Below, one piece after another: positions 12,059 to 23,596 of a DNA stretch of 64,000 nt. The position numbers and the translations under genes are program-made. The stretch's first letter is position 1, and each line of letters opens with the position of its first letter. The stretch spans positions 310,001-374,000 of the forward strand of contig CM059432.1 in NCBI GenBank assembly GCA_030390025.1, read 5' to 3'. The notes under the pieces are model-generated. The model saw only the letters and a list, made by a program, of their open reading frames with translations. It did not search any database and was not told where the DNA came from. The stretch is from Squalus acanthias (taxonomy: Eukaryota).

Positions 12059-12949
12059 GGGTGAGGTGGCAGCACCTATTGCAGCACAGGCCGACGCAAC
12101 GCAATGGCTTAGTGCTGCAATCGAGTCATTGGCTGGTGCCATCCAATCACAGACTGCTCTCATGCAGTCTCAGATTGATGTCACACAAGCGCTGACTGCT
12201 GCCATCTTCGCTGGGTCACCCACAGTCCACCGGGGATCTCACAATGCCGCAGCAGGCCAGCAATCTGTGCTCGAGCAGATTGCTCCGGATGCTGAGGTTC
12301 TGCCCCGGGGGAGTGGCAGTGTGTCGGTCGAGCAGGAGGGTGCTGTCCTCTCTCAGGATGACAGCATTCCTGCTCCCACCACTGGCACTTCCCCATTGCA
12401 CTTGCCACAGCCTGTAACCCAGCCAGCCCAGACTGCTGCTGCCCATGCTGAGTTGGTGCAGTCTGCAGCCGGGCCCTCCAGGCCCAGAGCTGGTCGAGGG
12501 CGTCCTTCAAGGCCACCTGCAGCCTCTGGATCTGAGATTCAGCAGCCTTCCACCAGCCTTGCTGCAGCCACTGGGGCCCCATTACGGAGGAGCAGTCGGG
12601 TGGGAAGGGGGGAAGTGCGGAGGGGAGGGTGATCATTCAAGAAGGCCCACTAACTAAAATTTTTCGACCATATGGGGGGGAGTGTTTGTACCAAAGCTGG
12701 ATGTGTTTGAAAATATATTGTTCACTCTGTTAAGACATATTTCGATGTGCTAAGAACCAGTTTTGTTTGTTAATGAATTGTTGTGTTTGTTTGTTGTTGG
12801 TTGTAAGACACAGTTGTTCAGAAAAATACATTTTTTTATTGAAACGTTACAAATTTTCTCATGTTACTCATTGGAGCTTTGCCCGGTAATAGGGGCTGTG
12901 GGATGGCTGTAATGATGTGCTTGTTGATCCCAAAAGCCATCTTCTCCGT

Positions 12950-14095
12950 CAATCATCAGCTGTCTTAGGAGGCGTTCATGAACAGCCCTTGCAGAAGCAA
13001 CATTGAGCGCCTCCCTCCCACATTGCTGCTGCTCCTCCTCCTCATTATCCTCCTCTTCATCCTCCTCCTCCTCTCCCTCTTCCTCCTCCTGAGGTGGTCC
13101 ACCAATCCCTGGTGACAATGGCTGGGTCCTCAGAATTGCGAGGTTGTGAAGCATGCAGCCCACAACAATGAAAAGCGATACTCGATCAGGGGAGTACTGC
13201 AGGGCTCCTCCAGAGCGGTCAAGCCACCGGAACCGTTGCTTCAGCCGATCGTCTGTTCGATGAGGTTCCTGGTGGCGCTGTGGCTCTCATTGTAGGCGAG
13301 CTCAGCAGGAGTGTTGGGGTTACGGAGCGGTGTCATCGGCCAGGTACAGAGTGGATAACCCTTGTCCTCGAGGAGCCAGCCACGAGGTTGATGCGGTGCT
13401 TGGAACAGGTCTGGGACACCAGTCTGGCGCAGGATGAATGCATCATAGCTGTTGCCAGGATAGCGGGCATTGACAGCGAGGATGCGCTGTCTGTGGTCGC
13501 ACACCAACTGCACGTTGCGGAAAACCTCTGCATTTTGATGAGGTGCCCGCCATGCCACGTGCGTGCAGTCAATGGCGCCCTGAACCATGGGGAAGCCCGC
13601 TATCCTAGAGAAGCCACATGCGCGTTCACACTGTTTGTCCCGGGTCATGGGGAATGAGATGTACTCCCTCCTCCTTTAGTACAGAGTATTTGTGAGCTCC
13701 CGGATGCAACAATGGTCGGCGAACTGGGAGATGTTTGCAATGTCCCCTGTTGAAGCCTGGAAGGAGCCGCTGGCGTAGAAATTGAGAGCCACCGTCACCT
13801 TCACTGTCACCGACAGAGACGTCCTGGTCCTGAGCTGAGGCTGGAGCTCTGGCTGCAGGAGGTGGCAGAGCTCAGTGACCACCTCCTTGCTGAAGCGCAG
13901 CCTTCTAAAACACGGCTCCTCGGACAGATGAATGTAGGAGAATTGCTCCCGGAATACGCCGGGAGTGGAAGGTCTCCTGTGCAGAGCCCTGTTGGTCCTC
14001 CTCCCTCCGGCCACGTTTTCCACTCTCTCTCTCCACCTCCACTGCCTCCGACGGTGAAGCTGGAGGACGAGGCCCTGTGCCAGGACAGCCCCCAT
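12950..14095 (-). pseudogene. Harbinger DDE transposase (HARBI1-like family), frameshifted
   Basis: FRRLRFSKE, VTVALNFYASGSFQ, GAIDCTHV, PGNSYDAFIL, LLEDKGYPL, LIEQTIG* and MLHNLAI motifs plus an acidic tail, spread over ORFs 13676..14095, 13241..13648 and 12864..13163. Confidence 0.9.
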
Positions 14096-14744
14096 TAAAT
14101 CTTCTAAATGTGGTAGTAATAAAGGTTCCGAAATAGGGACCTGAAAAGTCTTGCCCCTCGGAGGCGCTAATGGGCGGCGCTAACCAACCGAATTTTTCCC
14201 CCTTAGAGTCCAGGGTACAGTTTTAGTCGCCATATTATGAAAAGGATATAGAGACACTGGAGAGGGGGCAGAGGAGATTTACAAGGATGATACCAGAAAT
14301 GCGAGGGTATACATATCAGGAAAGGATGAACAGGCTGGGTCTCTTTTCTCTTGAAAAAAGAAGGCTGAGGGGTGACCTAATAGAGGTCTTTAAAATTATG
14401 AAGGGTTTTAATAGAGTGGATACAGAGAGAGTGTTTCCCCTTGTGGGGAAGAGCAAAACTCGAGGCCATCAATATAAAATAGTCACCAAGAAATCAAATA
14501 GGGAATTCAGGAGAAACTTCTTTACCCAGAGAGTGGTGAGAATGTGGAACTCGCTACCACAGGGAGGGGTTGAAGCGAATAGTGTAGACACATTTAAGGG
14601 GAGGCTGGACAAGCATATGAGGGAGAAGGGAATAGAGGGTTATACTGATAGATTTAGAAGAGGAAAGACGGGAGGAGGCTCGAGTGGAGCATAAATGCCG
14701 GCATGGACTGGTTGGGCCGAATGGCCTGTTTCTGTGCCGTATAT

Positions 14745-15060
14745 CCGATGTAAACCGAGGCCCCGTCTGTTCTCTCAGGTGAATGTAAAAGATCCCAGGG
14801 CACTATTTCGAAGAAGAGTAGGGGAGTTATCCCCAGTGCCCTGGGGCCAATATTTATCCCTCAACCAACATCACTAAAACAGATGATCTAGTCATTATCA
14901 CATTGCTGTTTGTGGGAGCTTGCTGTGCGCAAATTGGCTGCCGCGTTTCCCACATTACAACAGTGACTACACTTCAAAAAGTACTTCATTGGCTGTAAAG
15001 CGCTTTGGGACGTCCGATGGTCGTGAAAGGCGCTATAGAAATGCAAGTCTTTCATTCTTT
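14745..15060 (+). mobile_element. 3' half of a DeuSINE-type (SacSINE1-like) SINE
   Basis: taaaccgaggcccc...aaagatcccagggcact...gctgccgcgtttcc...gtaaagcgctttggg...aaaggcgctatagaaatgcaag resembles the Deu domain plus an L2-type tail (recognised from memory). Confidence 0.7.
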
Positions 15061-15606
15061 ATACCTAAGTCTTACTGCACATCATCGGAACAAGAAGGCA
15101 AGCCCATTGATATCTGTAACAGATCAGGCTTCCTCCTGCCCTCCAACCCTATAACCTGTCAACCCCTCTGAGGAGGGAGCCTGGGGTGGGAGGTCATAGA
15201 GCGTGTCCAGGAAGGTGAAAGAGGAAGACGTGTGCCAACCAAGGTTTCACCACCAGATCGCTTCCTCTTGTACGCTGGGCCGATTGTCGGTGAACATTAC
15301 AAAACTTTTCCGTCACTCCCCTTTTACTGAAAGTCACATGACAGCTTCATTGCTGAGGAAATGGAGCTGACCGCTCTTCCTGTTTTCCTCCTCTACATGT
15401 TCCCCTGCGTGATGCAACAGGGCCGAGTGCATTGAGCAGACTACGCTCAAAACATCCCAACCATTCGCCCCAAAGACCGCCCCCTGCGGAGAAATAGAGG
15501 CTGACTCACTGACTGATCCACACAGCATGAGGGATGGGGGGAAGGTGAGGGTGAACGATCAGGGGAAAGGCGTCGCCAGTCGGAGGACACCTTGGCTCAA
15601 GATCCG

Positions 15607-15720
15607 GGGCTCAGTGGGTATCACTCTCTCACCTGTCAGTCAGAAGGTCGTGGGTTCAAGCCCCACTCCTGAAACTTGAGCACAAAAATATAGGCTGACA
15701 CTCCAGTGCAATACTGAGGT
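15607..15720 (+). mobile_element. tRNA-derived head of a DeuSINE-type SINE leading into the 33-bp array
   Basis: A box ggctcagtgg, B box ggttcaagcc, then gctgacactccagtgcaatactgag, as in the copy at 29342. Confidence 0.8.
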
Positions 15721-18700
15721 AGGCCTGCACTGTCGGAGGGGCAGTACTGAGGGAGCGCCGCACTGTCAGAGGGACAGTACTGAGGGAGCACCGCACTGTC
15801 GGAGGGGCAGTACTGAGGGAGCTCCGCACTGTCGGAGGGACAGTACTGAGGGAGAGCTGCAATGTCGGAGGGGCAGTACTGAGGGAGCGCCGCACTGTCG
15901 GAGGGGCACTACTGAGGGAGCGCCGCACTATCAAAGGGGCAGTACTGAGGGAGCTCCGCACTGTCGGAGTGACAGTACTGAGGGAGCTCCGCACTGTCGG
16001 AGGGACAGTACTGAGGGAGCTCCGCACTGTCGGAGGGGCAGTACTGAGGGAGCTCCGCACTGTCGGAGGGACAGTACTGAGGGAGTGCTTCACTGTCGGA
16101 GGGGCAGTGATGAGGGAGCGCTGCACTGTCGGAGGGGCAGTACTGAGGGAGTGCTGCACTGTCGGAGGGGCAGTACTGAGGGAGCGCCGCACTGTCAGAG
16201 GGGCAGTACTGAGGGAGCGCTGCCCTGTTGGAGGGGCAGTACTGAGGGAGCTCCGCACTGTCGGAGGGGCAGTACTGAGGGAGCTCCGCACTGTCGGAGG
16301 GACAGTATTAGGGAGTGCTTCACTGTCGGAGGGGCAGTGATGAGGGAGCGCTGCACTGTCGGAGGGGCAGTACTGAGGGAGTGCTGCACTGTCGGAGGGG
16401 CAGTACTGATGGAGCGCCGCACTGTCAGAGGGGCAGTACTGAGGGAGCGCTGCCCTGTTGGAGGGGCAGTACTGAGGGAGCGCTGCACTGTCAGAGGGGC
16501 AGTACTGAGGGAGCACCACAGTGTCGGAGGGGCACTACTGAGGGAGCGCCGCACTGTCAGAGGGGCAGTACTGAGGGAGTGCTTCACTGTCGGAGGGGCA
16601 GTGCTGAGGGAGCGCTGCACTGTCGGAGGGGCGGTACTGAGGGAGCGCTGCACTGTCGGAGGGGCAGTACTGAGGGAGTGCTGCACTGTCGGAGGGGCAG
16701 TACTGAGGGAGCGCCGCACTGTCGGAGGGGCACTACTGAGGGAGCGCCGCACTATCAAAGGGGCAGTACTGAGGGAGCTCCGCACTGTCGGAGTGACAGT
16801 ACTGAGGGAGCTCCGCACTGTCGGAGGGACAGTACTGAGGGAGCTCCGCACTGTCGGAGGGGCAGTACTGAGGGAGCTCCGCACTGTCGGAGGGACAGTA
16901 CTGAGGGAGTGCTTCACTGTCGGAGGGGCAGTGATGAGGGAGCGCTGCACTGTCGGAGGGGCAGTACTGAGGGAGTGCTGCACTGTCGGAGGGGCAGTAC
17001 TGAGGGAGCGCCGCACTGTCAGAGGGGCAGTACTGAGGGAGCGCTGCCCTGTTGGAGGGGCAGTACTGAGGGAGCTCCGCACTGTCGGAGGGGCAGTACT
17101 GAGGGAGCTCCGCACTGTCGGAGGGACAGTATTAGGGAGTGCTTCACTGTCGGAGGGGCAGTGATGAGGGAGCGCTGCACTGTCGGAGGGGCAGTACTGA
17201 GGGAGTGCTGCACTGTCGGAGGGGCAGTACTGATGGAGCGCCGCACTGTCAGAGGGGCAGTACTGAGGGAGCGCTGCCCTGTTGGAGGGGCAGTACTGAG
17301 GGAGCGCTGCACTGTCAGAGGGGCAGTACTGAGGGAGCACCACAGTGTCGGAGGGGCACTACTGAGGGAGCGCCGCACTGTCAGAGGGGCAGTACTGAGG
17401 GAGTGCTTCACTGTCGGAGGGGCAGTGCTGAGGGAGCGCTGCACTGTCGGAGGGGCGGTACTGAGGGAGCGCTGCACTGTCGGAGGGGCAGTACTGAGGG
17501 AGTGCTGCACTGTCGGAGGGGCAGTACTGAGGGAGTGCTGCACTGTCAGAGGGGCAGTACTGAGGGAGCGCCACACTGTCGGAGGGGCAGTACTGAGGGA
17601 GCGCCGCACTGTCGGAGGGACAGTACTGAGAGAGCACTGCACTGTCAGAGGGGCAGTACTGAGGGAGCGCCGCACTGTCAGAGGGGCAGTACTGAGGGAG
17701 CGCCACACTGTCGGGGGGGCAGTACTGAGGGAGCGCCGCACTGTCAGAGGGGCAGTACTGAGGGAGCGCTGCACTGTCAGAGGGGCAGTACTGAGGGAGT
17801 GCTGCACTGTTGGAGGGGCAGTACTGAGGGAGCGCTGCACTGTCGGAGGGGCAGTACTGAGGGAGCGCCGCACTTTCAGAGGGGCAGTACTGAGGGAGTG
17901 CTGCACTGTCTAGGGGCAGTACTGAGGGAGCGCTGCACTGTCAGAGGGGCAGTACTGAGGGAGTGCTGCACTGTCTAGGGGCAGTACTGAGGGAGCGCAA
18001 CACTGTTGGAGGGGCAGTACTGAGGGAGCCCCGCACTGTCAGAGGGGCAGTACTGAGGGAGCGCTGCACTGTCGGAGGGGCAGTACTGAGGGAGCACCAC
18101 ACTGTCAGAGGGGCAGTACTGAGGGAGCGCTGCACTGTCAGAGGGGCAGTACTGAGGGAGCGCTGCACTGTTGGAGGGGCAGTACTGAGGGAGCACCACA
18201 CTGTCGGAGGGTCAGTGCTGAGTGACTGCTTCACTGTCAGAGTGGCAGTGCTGAGGGACTGCTGCACTGTCGGAGGGGCAGTACTGAAGGAGCACCGCAC
18301 TGTCGGAGGGGCAGTACTGAGGGAGTGCTGCACTGTTGGAGGGGCAGTTCTGAGTGAGTGCTGCACTGTCGGAGGGGCGGTACTGTGGGAACGCTGCACT
18401 GTCGGAGGGGCAGTACTGAGGGAGCGCTGCACTGTCGGAGGGGCAGTACTGAGGGAGCGCTGCACTGTCGGAGGGGCAGTACTGAGGGAGCACCGCACTG
18501 TCGGAGGGGCAGTACTGAGGGAACGCTGCACTGTCGGAGGGGCAGTACTGCCGCACTGTCGGAGGGGCAGTACTGAGGGAGTGCTGCACTGTTGGAGGGG
18601 CAGTTCTGAGTGAGTGCTGCACTGTCAGAGGGGCAGTACTGAAGGAGCGCTGCACTGTCGGAGGGGCAGTACTGAGGGAGCGCTGCACTGTCGGAGGGAC

Positions 18701-19142
18701 AGTACTGAGGGAGCGCGGCACTGTCGGAGGGACAGTACTGAGGGAGCATTGCACTGTCAGAGGGGCAGTACTGAGGGAGCGCCGCACTGTCGGAGGGACA
18801 GTACTGAGGGAGCATTGCACTGTCAGAGGGGCAGTACTGAGGGAACGCTGCACTGTCGGAGGGGCAGTGCTGAGGGAGCGCCGCACTGTCGGAGGGACAG
18901 TACTGAGAGAGCACTGCACTGTCAGAGGGGCAGTACTGAGGGAACACTGCACTGTCAGAGGGGCAGTACTGAGGGAACACCGCACTGTCGGAGGGGCAGT
19001 GCTGAGGGAGCGCCGCACTGTCGGAGGGACAGTACTGAGAGAGCACTGCACTGTCAGAGGGGCAGTACTGAGGGAGCGCCGCACTGTCAGAGGGGCAGTA
19101 CTGAGGGAGCACCGCACTGTCGGAGGGGCAGTACTGAGGGAG
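15706..19142 (+). repeat. 33-bp minisatellite (CAGTACTGAGGGAGCGCCGCACTGTCGGAGGGG)n, about 104 units, with an 824-bp higher-order duplication
   Basis: Read directly. Rare variants recur 824 bp apart, for example actatcaaag at about 15927 and 16751, and gtattaggg at about 16305 and 17129. Confidence 0.97.
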
Positions 19143-19290
19143 CCCCTCCGACAGTGCAACCCTCCCGCAGTACTGTCCCTCTGACAGTGCAGGGCTCCCT
19201 CAGCCCTGCACTGGGAGTGTTAGTCTGGATTATGGGCTCAAGTCTCTGGAGTCGGACTATGAACCCACAACCTTCTGACTCAGAGGACAG
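19143..19290 (-). mobile_element. Inverted SINE head plus about two inverted 33-bp units closing the array
   Basis: The reverse complement reads ctctgagtcagaaggttgtgggttcatag...ctaacactcccagtgcagggctgagggagccctgcactgtcagagggacagtactg. Confidence 0.8.
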
Positions 19291-19495
19291 CAGATTTCCT
19301 TCCCTAAAGGGCATTAGTGAACCAGTTGGGTTTTTGTGACAATCCCACAGCTTCTTGCTCACTTTTACTGAGACCAGATTTTAAAGAAAGTGAATTCAAT
19401 ATTCTCAGACGGCCCTGGTGGGATTTCAGCTCACAGTCTCCGGATTACCAGTCCAGGTCCCCGGGTTACTGGTCCAGTAACGTGACAGTTACCAG
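19291..19495 (-). mobile_element. Older partial copy of the tRNA-headed SINE seen at 23135-23596
   Basis: cagatttccttccctaaagg...gaaccag.tgggttttt...ggtgggatt...ccagtaac matches 23368-23572. Confidence 0.6.
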
Positions 19496-19769
19496 GTACA
19501 GGCAAGCATCTCCTGGGATGCCAGATTCCCAGATCTGACTGATACCATGAGGTCGACTCTCTCGCAGAGCATTCACTCGGATGTACCAGGTTTGAGGGAC
19601 TTCAGCTTCAAAAGAGAACTGGAAAAATGCTTGAAGGGAAACATTCGCAGGGCTATGTGGAAAGAGTGGGGGGGAGTGGGACTAATTGGAGAGCATCATC
19701 CAAGAGCCGCTACAGGCTCGATGGGCCGAATGGCCTCCTTCTGTGTTGTGTCGTTCTGTGATTCGATGA

Positions 19770-20185
19770 TAAGGAGATATTCGGACAGGTGACCCAAAGC
19801 TTGGTAAAAGAGGCAGGTTTTAAAGAGCGTCTTAAAGGAAGTGAGAAAGGTCGAGAGGTTTAGGGAGGGTATTCCAAAGTTTGGGGCCTTGGAATGAAGG
19901 CACGGCCGCCAATGGTGGTGCAGAGGGAATCGGGGATGCTCAAGAGGCCAGAATTGGAGGAGTGCAAAAATCTCGGAGGGTTGTGGGGCTGGAGGAGGTC
20001 ACAGAGATAGGGAGGGGGTGAGAGGCCACGGAGGGATCTGATAACCAGGATGGGAATTTTGAAATTGAGGCGTTGCCAGACCGGGAGCCAATGTCGGTCA
20101 GCGAGTACGGGGGCGATGGGCGAACGGGACTCGGTGCGAGTTCGGACACGGGGCAGCAGAGTTTTGGATGAGCTCAAGTTGTGGT
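19770..20185 (-). mobile_element. L2-type LINE 3' fragment
   Basis: ORF 19860..20177 contains PVLADRHWLPVWQRLNFKI and TIGGRAF; homologous to 1-285. Confidence 0.75.
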
Positions 20186-20917
20186 GGGTGGGAGGTGGGA
20201 GGCCGGCCGGGAGAGCGTTCAGGGTTACTTGGGCTACTGGCGGCCCAACGGGAAACCTGACCGCTGGAGCCCACCACCAACATTTCTGTGTCCGCTTTCC
20301 TTAATGTTGTGCTGGGAGGAGCAGACGTTCCAATCCTGACTCCTTAGCTCGACCGCAGGCCGCAGATGAACCCCTCCCATTTGACCGCCGCCCCCCCCAC
20401 CCCCCCCACCACTCCCGCACTTCAGGCGAGACAGAAGGCCCCAAAACTGGAGGAAACCGTAACGAGGCGCTGGCACCCAATGAGGCCCAAGGACCAACAT
20501 CGAGTGGTCCTTGCGCCAGTTTCTACCGGCGAAGCGAGGCAGTGTCAGCGGCGCCTGGTTATCGCTCGAGAACGGGCGCGAACAGATTTATCCCTCAGCG
20601 GCTGACGAGAATGTGGAACTCGCTGCCACGGGGAGTGGGTGAAGCAAATCGAATTGAAGCATTTAAGGGGGATGCTTGATGCTTCTATGAGGGAATAGAG
20701 GGATATGGGGAAGAGGCAAATAGAGTGGGAGGAGGCTGGTGTGGAGCATAAACGCCGTCACAGACCAGTGGGGCCGAATGGCCTGTTTCTGTGCTGTACC
20801 TTCTGTGTAATGTCATTAATCTATCAGTGAAGCAACACTTAGTAAAGAAAGACTTGCATTTGTATAGCGCCTTTCACAACCTCAGGACGTCCCAAAGTGC
20901 TTTACAGACAATTAAGT

Positions 20918-22940
20918 AGAATCATAGAAAAATTACAACACAGGAGGAGGCCATTCAGCCCATCGTGTCCGTGCCGGTCGACAAAGAGCTATCCAGCCTA
21001 ATCCCACTTTCCAGCTCTTGGTCCGTAGCCCTGTAGGTTACAGAGCTTCAAGTGCATATCCAAGTAGTGTTTAAATGTGATGAGGGTTTCTGCCTCTGCC
21101 ACCCTTTCAGGCAGTGAGTTCCAGACCCCCATCACCCTCTGGCTGAAATTTTTTTTCTCATCTCTCCTCTAATCCTTCGACCAATTACTTTAAATCGGTG
21201 CCCCCTGGTATTGACCTCTCTGCTAAGGGAAATAGGTCCTTCCTATCCACTCTATCTAGGCCCCTCATCATTTTATACACCTCAATTAAGTCTCCCCTCA
21301 GCCTCCTCTGTTCCAGGGAAAACAACCCCAGCCTATCCAATCTTTCCCCATAGCTAAAATTCTCCAGTCCTGGCAATATCCTCGAAAATCTCCTCTGTAC
21401 CCCCTCTAGCACAATCACATCTTTCCTGTAATGTGGTGACCAGAACTGCACGCAGTACTCTAGCTGTGGCCTAACTAGTGTTTTATACAGTTCTAGCATA
21501 ACCTCCCTGCTCTTGTATTCTATGCCTTGGCAAATAAAGGAAAGCATTCCGTATGCCTTTTTAACTACTTTATCGACCTGTCCTGCTACCTCAGGGATCT
21601 GTGGACATACACTCCAAGGTCCCTCTGTTCCTCCACACCTCTCAATATCCTCCCATTTAATGTGTATTCCCTTGCCTTGTTGCCCCTCCCCAAATGCATT
21701 ACCTCACACTTTTCCAGATTGAATTCCATTTGGAACTTTTCTGCCCACCTGACCAGTCCATCGATATCTTCCTGCAGTCTACAGCTTTCCTCCTCACTGA
21801 TCAACCACACCGCCAATGTTTGTATCATCTGCAAATTTCTTTATCATGCCTCCTACATTTAAGTCTAAATCACTAATATATACCACAAAAAGTAAGGGAC
21901 CGAGTACTGAGACCTGTGGAACCCCACTGGAAACAGCCTTCCAGTCACAAAAACTCCCCTCATCCATTACCCTTTGTTTCTTGCCACTGAGCCAGTTGTG
22001 GATTCAACTTGCCACTTTCCCTTGGATCCCATGGGCTTTTACTTTTTTGACCAGTCTGCCATGTGGGACCTTGTCAAAAGCCTTGCTAAAATCCATGTAG
22101 ACTACATCAAACGCACTGCCCTCATCGACCCTCCTTGTTACCTCCTCAAAGAATTCAATCAAGTTAGTCAGACACGACCTTCCCTTAACAAAACCATGCT
22201 GACTGTCCTTGATTAATCTGTGTCTTTCTAAATCACAGAATCACAGAATCAGAATCACAGAATCCCCACAGTGCAGATAGAGGCCATTTCAGCCCATCGA
22301 GCCTGCACCGACACATATCCCACCCTATCCCCGTAACCCCACGTATTTAATCCCCCTAACACTAAGGGTCAATTTATCATAGCCAAATCAACCTAGCCCG
22401 CACATCTTTGGACTGTGGGAGGAAACCGGAGCACCCGGAGGAAACCCACGCAGACACGGGGAGAATGTGCAAACTCCACACAGACAGTCACCCGAGGCCG
22501 GATTCGAACCCGGGTCCCTGGCGCTGTGAGGCAAGCAGTGCTAACCACTATGCCACCGTGTTGCCCTAAATGAAGGTTTATACTGTCCCTCAGAATTGAT
22601 TCCAGTAATTTGCCCACCACCGAGGTTAAACTAACTGGCCTGTAATTGCACGGTTTATCCCTTCCTCCCTATTTAAACAATGGTACAACGTTAGCAGTTC
22701 CCAATCCTCTGGCACCAGTCCTGTAGCCAGGGAGGACTGGAAATTGATGGTCAGAGCCTCTGCAATTTCCTCCCTTGCTTCTTTTAATAGCCTCGGATAT
22801 ACTTCATCCGGCCCTGGCCATTTATCTACTTTCAAGGATGCTAAACCCCTTAATATTTCCTCTCTTACTATGTTTATCCCGTCCAATATTTCACTATCTT
22901 CCTCCTTAACTTCAACGCCGGCATCGTCGCCCTCTTTTGA
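20918..22940 (-). mobile_element. CR1 LINE, truncated and decayed, hosting an HE1-type SINE
   Basis: ORFs 21185..21547, 21586..21834 and 22626..23018 carry CR1 RT motifs; the (tctatgat)n tail is at 20918. Confidence 0.88.
22234..22566 (-). mobile_element. HE1-type V-SINE (tRNA head, V domain, CR1-type tail)
   Basis: The minus strand starts gggcaacacggtggcatagtggttagcac with B box ggttcgaatcc, has the V-domain gtgtgggtttcctccgggtgctccggtttcctcccacagtccaaagatgtgc and an (attctgtg)n tail. taaat TSD at 22229-22233 and 22567-22571. Confidence 0.85.
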
Positions 22941-23134
22941 AGTGTTTGGGAGGGGCTGTGGAAGAAGCCTTGGCGAGTTGCTGCAGTGCTTCCTGTGGAT
23001 AGGACACGCTGCAGACATGGGGCAGGGAGTTGAGATACAGCTCAGTCATTGAATGGCAGAACAGGCTCGAGGGGCTGAATGGCCTCCCCCTGTTCCTTTG
23101 TTAATGGTGGTGGACAGGCTGCCGATCAAGCAGA

Positions 23135-23596
23135 CTTTTTTTTTTTAATTTGTTTTATGGGATGTGGGCGACGCTGGCAAGGCCGGCATTTATTGCCCAT
23201 CCCAAATTGCCCCTTGAGAAGGTGGTGGTGATCCGCCTTCTTGAACTGCTGCAGTCCGTGTGGTGAAGGTACTCCCACAGTGCTGACTTTGTTGTAGTGG
23301 TTTGGTAAAACTGAGTGTCTCGCTCGGCCATTTCAGAGGGCAATTAAGGCCAGACCGGGTAAGGGCGGCAGATTTCCTTCCCTAAAGGACGTTAATGAAC
23401 CAGATGGGTTTTTACAACAATCCGGTAGTTTCATGGTCACCATTACTGATACTAGCTTTTTATTCCAGATTTATTTAATTAACCGAATTTAAATTCCCCA
23501 GCTGCCATGGTGGGATTGGAACTCGTGTCTCCAGATCATTAGCCCAGGCCTCTGGATTACTAGCTCAGTAACATAATCACTATGCTACCGTACCCC
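23135..23596 (-). mobile_element. tRNA-headed bipartite SINE (body similar to the family A 5' region, tail equal to the family A 3' end)
   Basis: Head ggggtacggtagcatagtg...gagttccaatccc. The body matches about 553-720 and the tail matches about 4633-4765, followed by poly(A). Confidence 0.7.

Larger units (their letters stand above)
8286..12632 (+). pseudogene. Harbinger Myb/SANT-like DNA-binding partner gene, 3 exons, disrupted by insertions
   Basis: MAAQRPRERARRFSDQALVALV...WREVA, then RTPTQRRKMFNNLTR after the insert. Donor gtgagt at 10469, acceptor ttgcag at 10694, exon 2 AKLSHNRREQQCTGGG, acceptor tttcag at 11010. The C-terminus lies in ORF 11997..12632. Confidence 0.8.
7930..14202. 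mobile_element. PIF/Harbinger DNA transposon (decayed, two-gene)
   Basis: TIRs ggggggaaaattaggt (7930) and accgaatttttccccc (ends 14202) match at 14/16. TTA TSD at 7927-7929 and 14203-14205. Contains convergent Myb/SANT and DDE genes. Confidence 0.92.
7670..14750 (+). mobile_element. CR1 LINE 3' part, split by the Harbinger at 7930-14202
   Basis: KCEVLHFG...LVRPHL ends at 7929. The CR1 resumes at 14206 (gagtccagggtacagttttagtcgcc) and continues through ORF 14287..14694 and a CR1 3' tail. Confidence 0.88.

Noticed and set aside
15706..19142. 33-bp array as a CRISPR array or a repeat-protein gene
   Set aside because: The units are head-to-tail with no unique spacers, there are no cas genes, the context is eukaryotic and the unit derives from a SINE. 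The ORFs reflect a stop-poor 33-nt period. The same applies to 38602-39482.
20220..20600. GC-rich segment as a possible additional DNA-transposon remnant
   Set aside because: I could not find a convincing TIR pair, TSD or coding motif, so it is left unannotated.
22490..22566. tRNA genes at A/B-box sequences (also about 15607, 23510-23596, 29342 and 38502)
   Set aside because: All continue into SINE bodies and lack a complete cloverleaf; they are tRNA-derived SINE heads.
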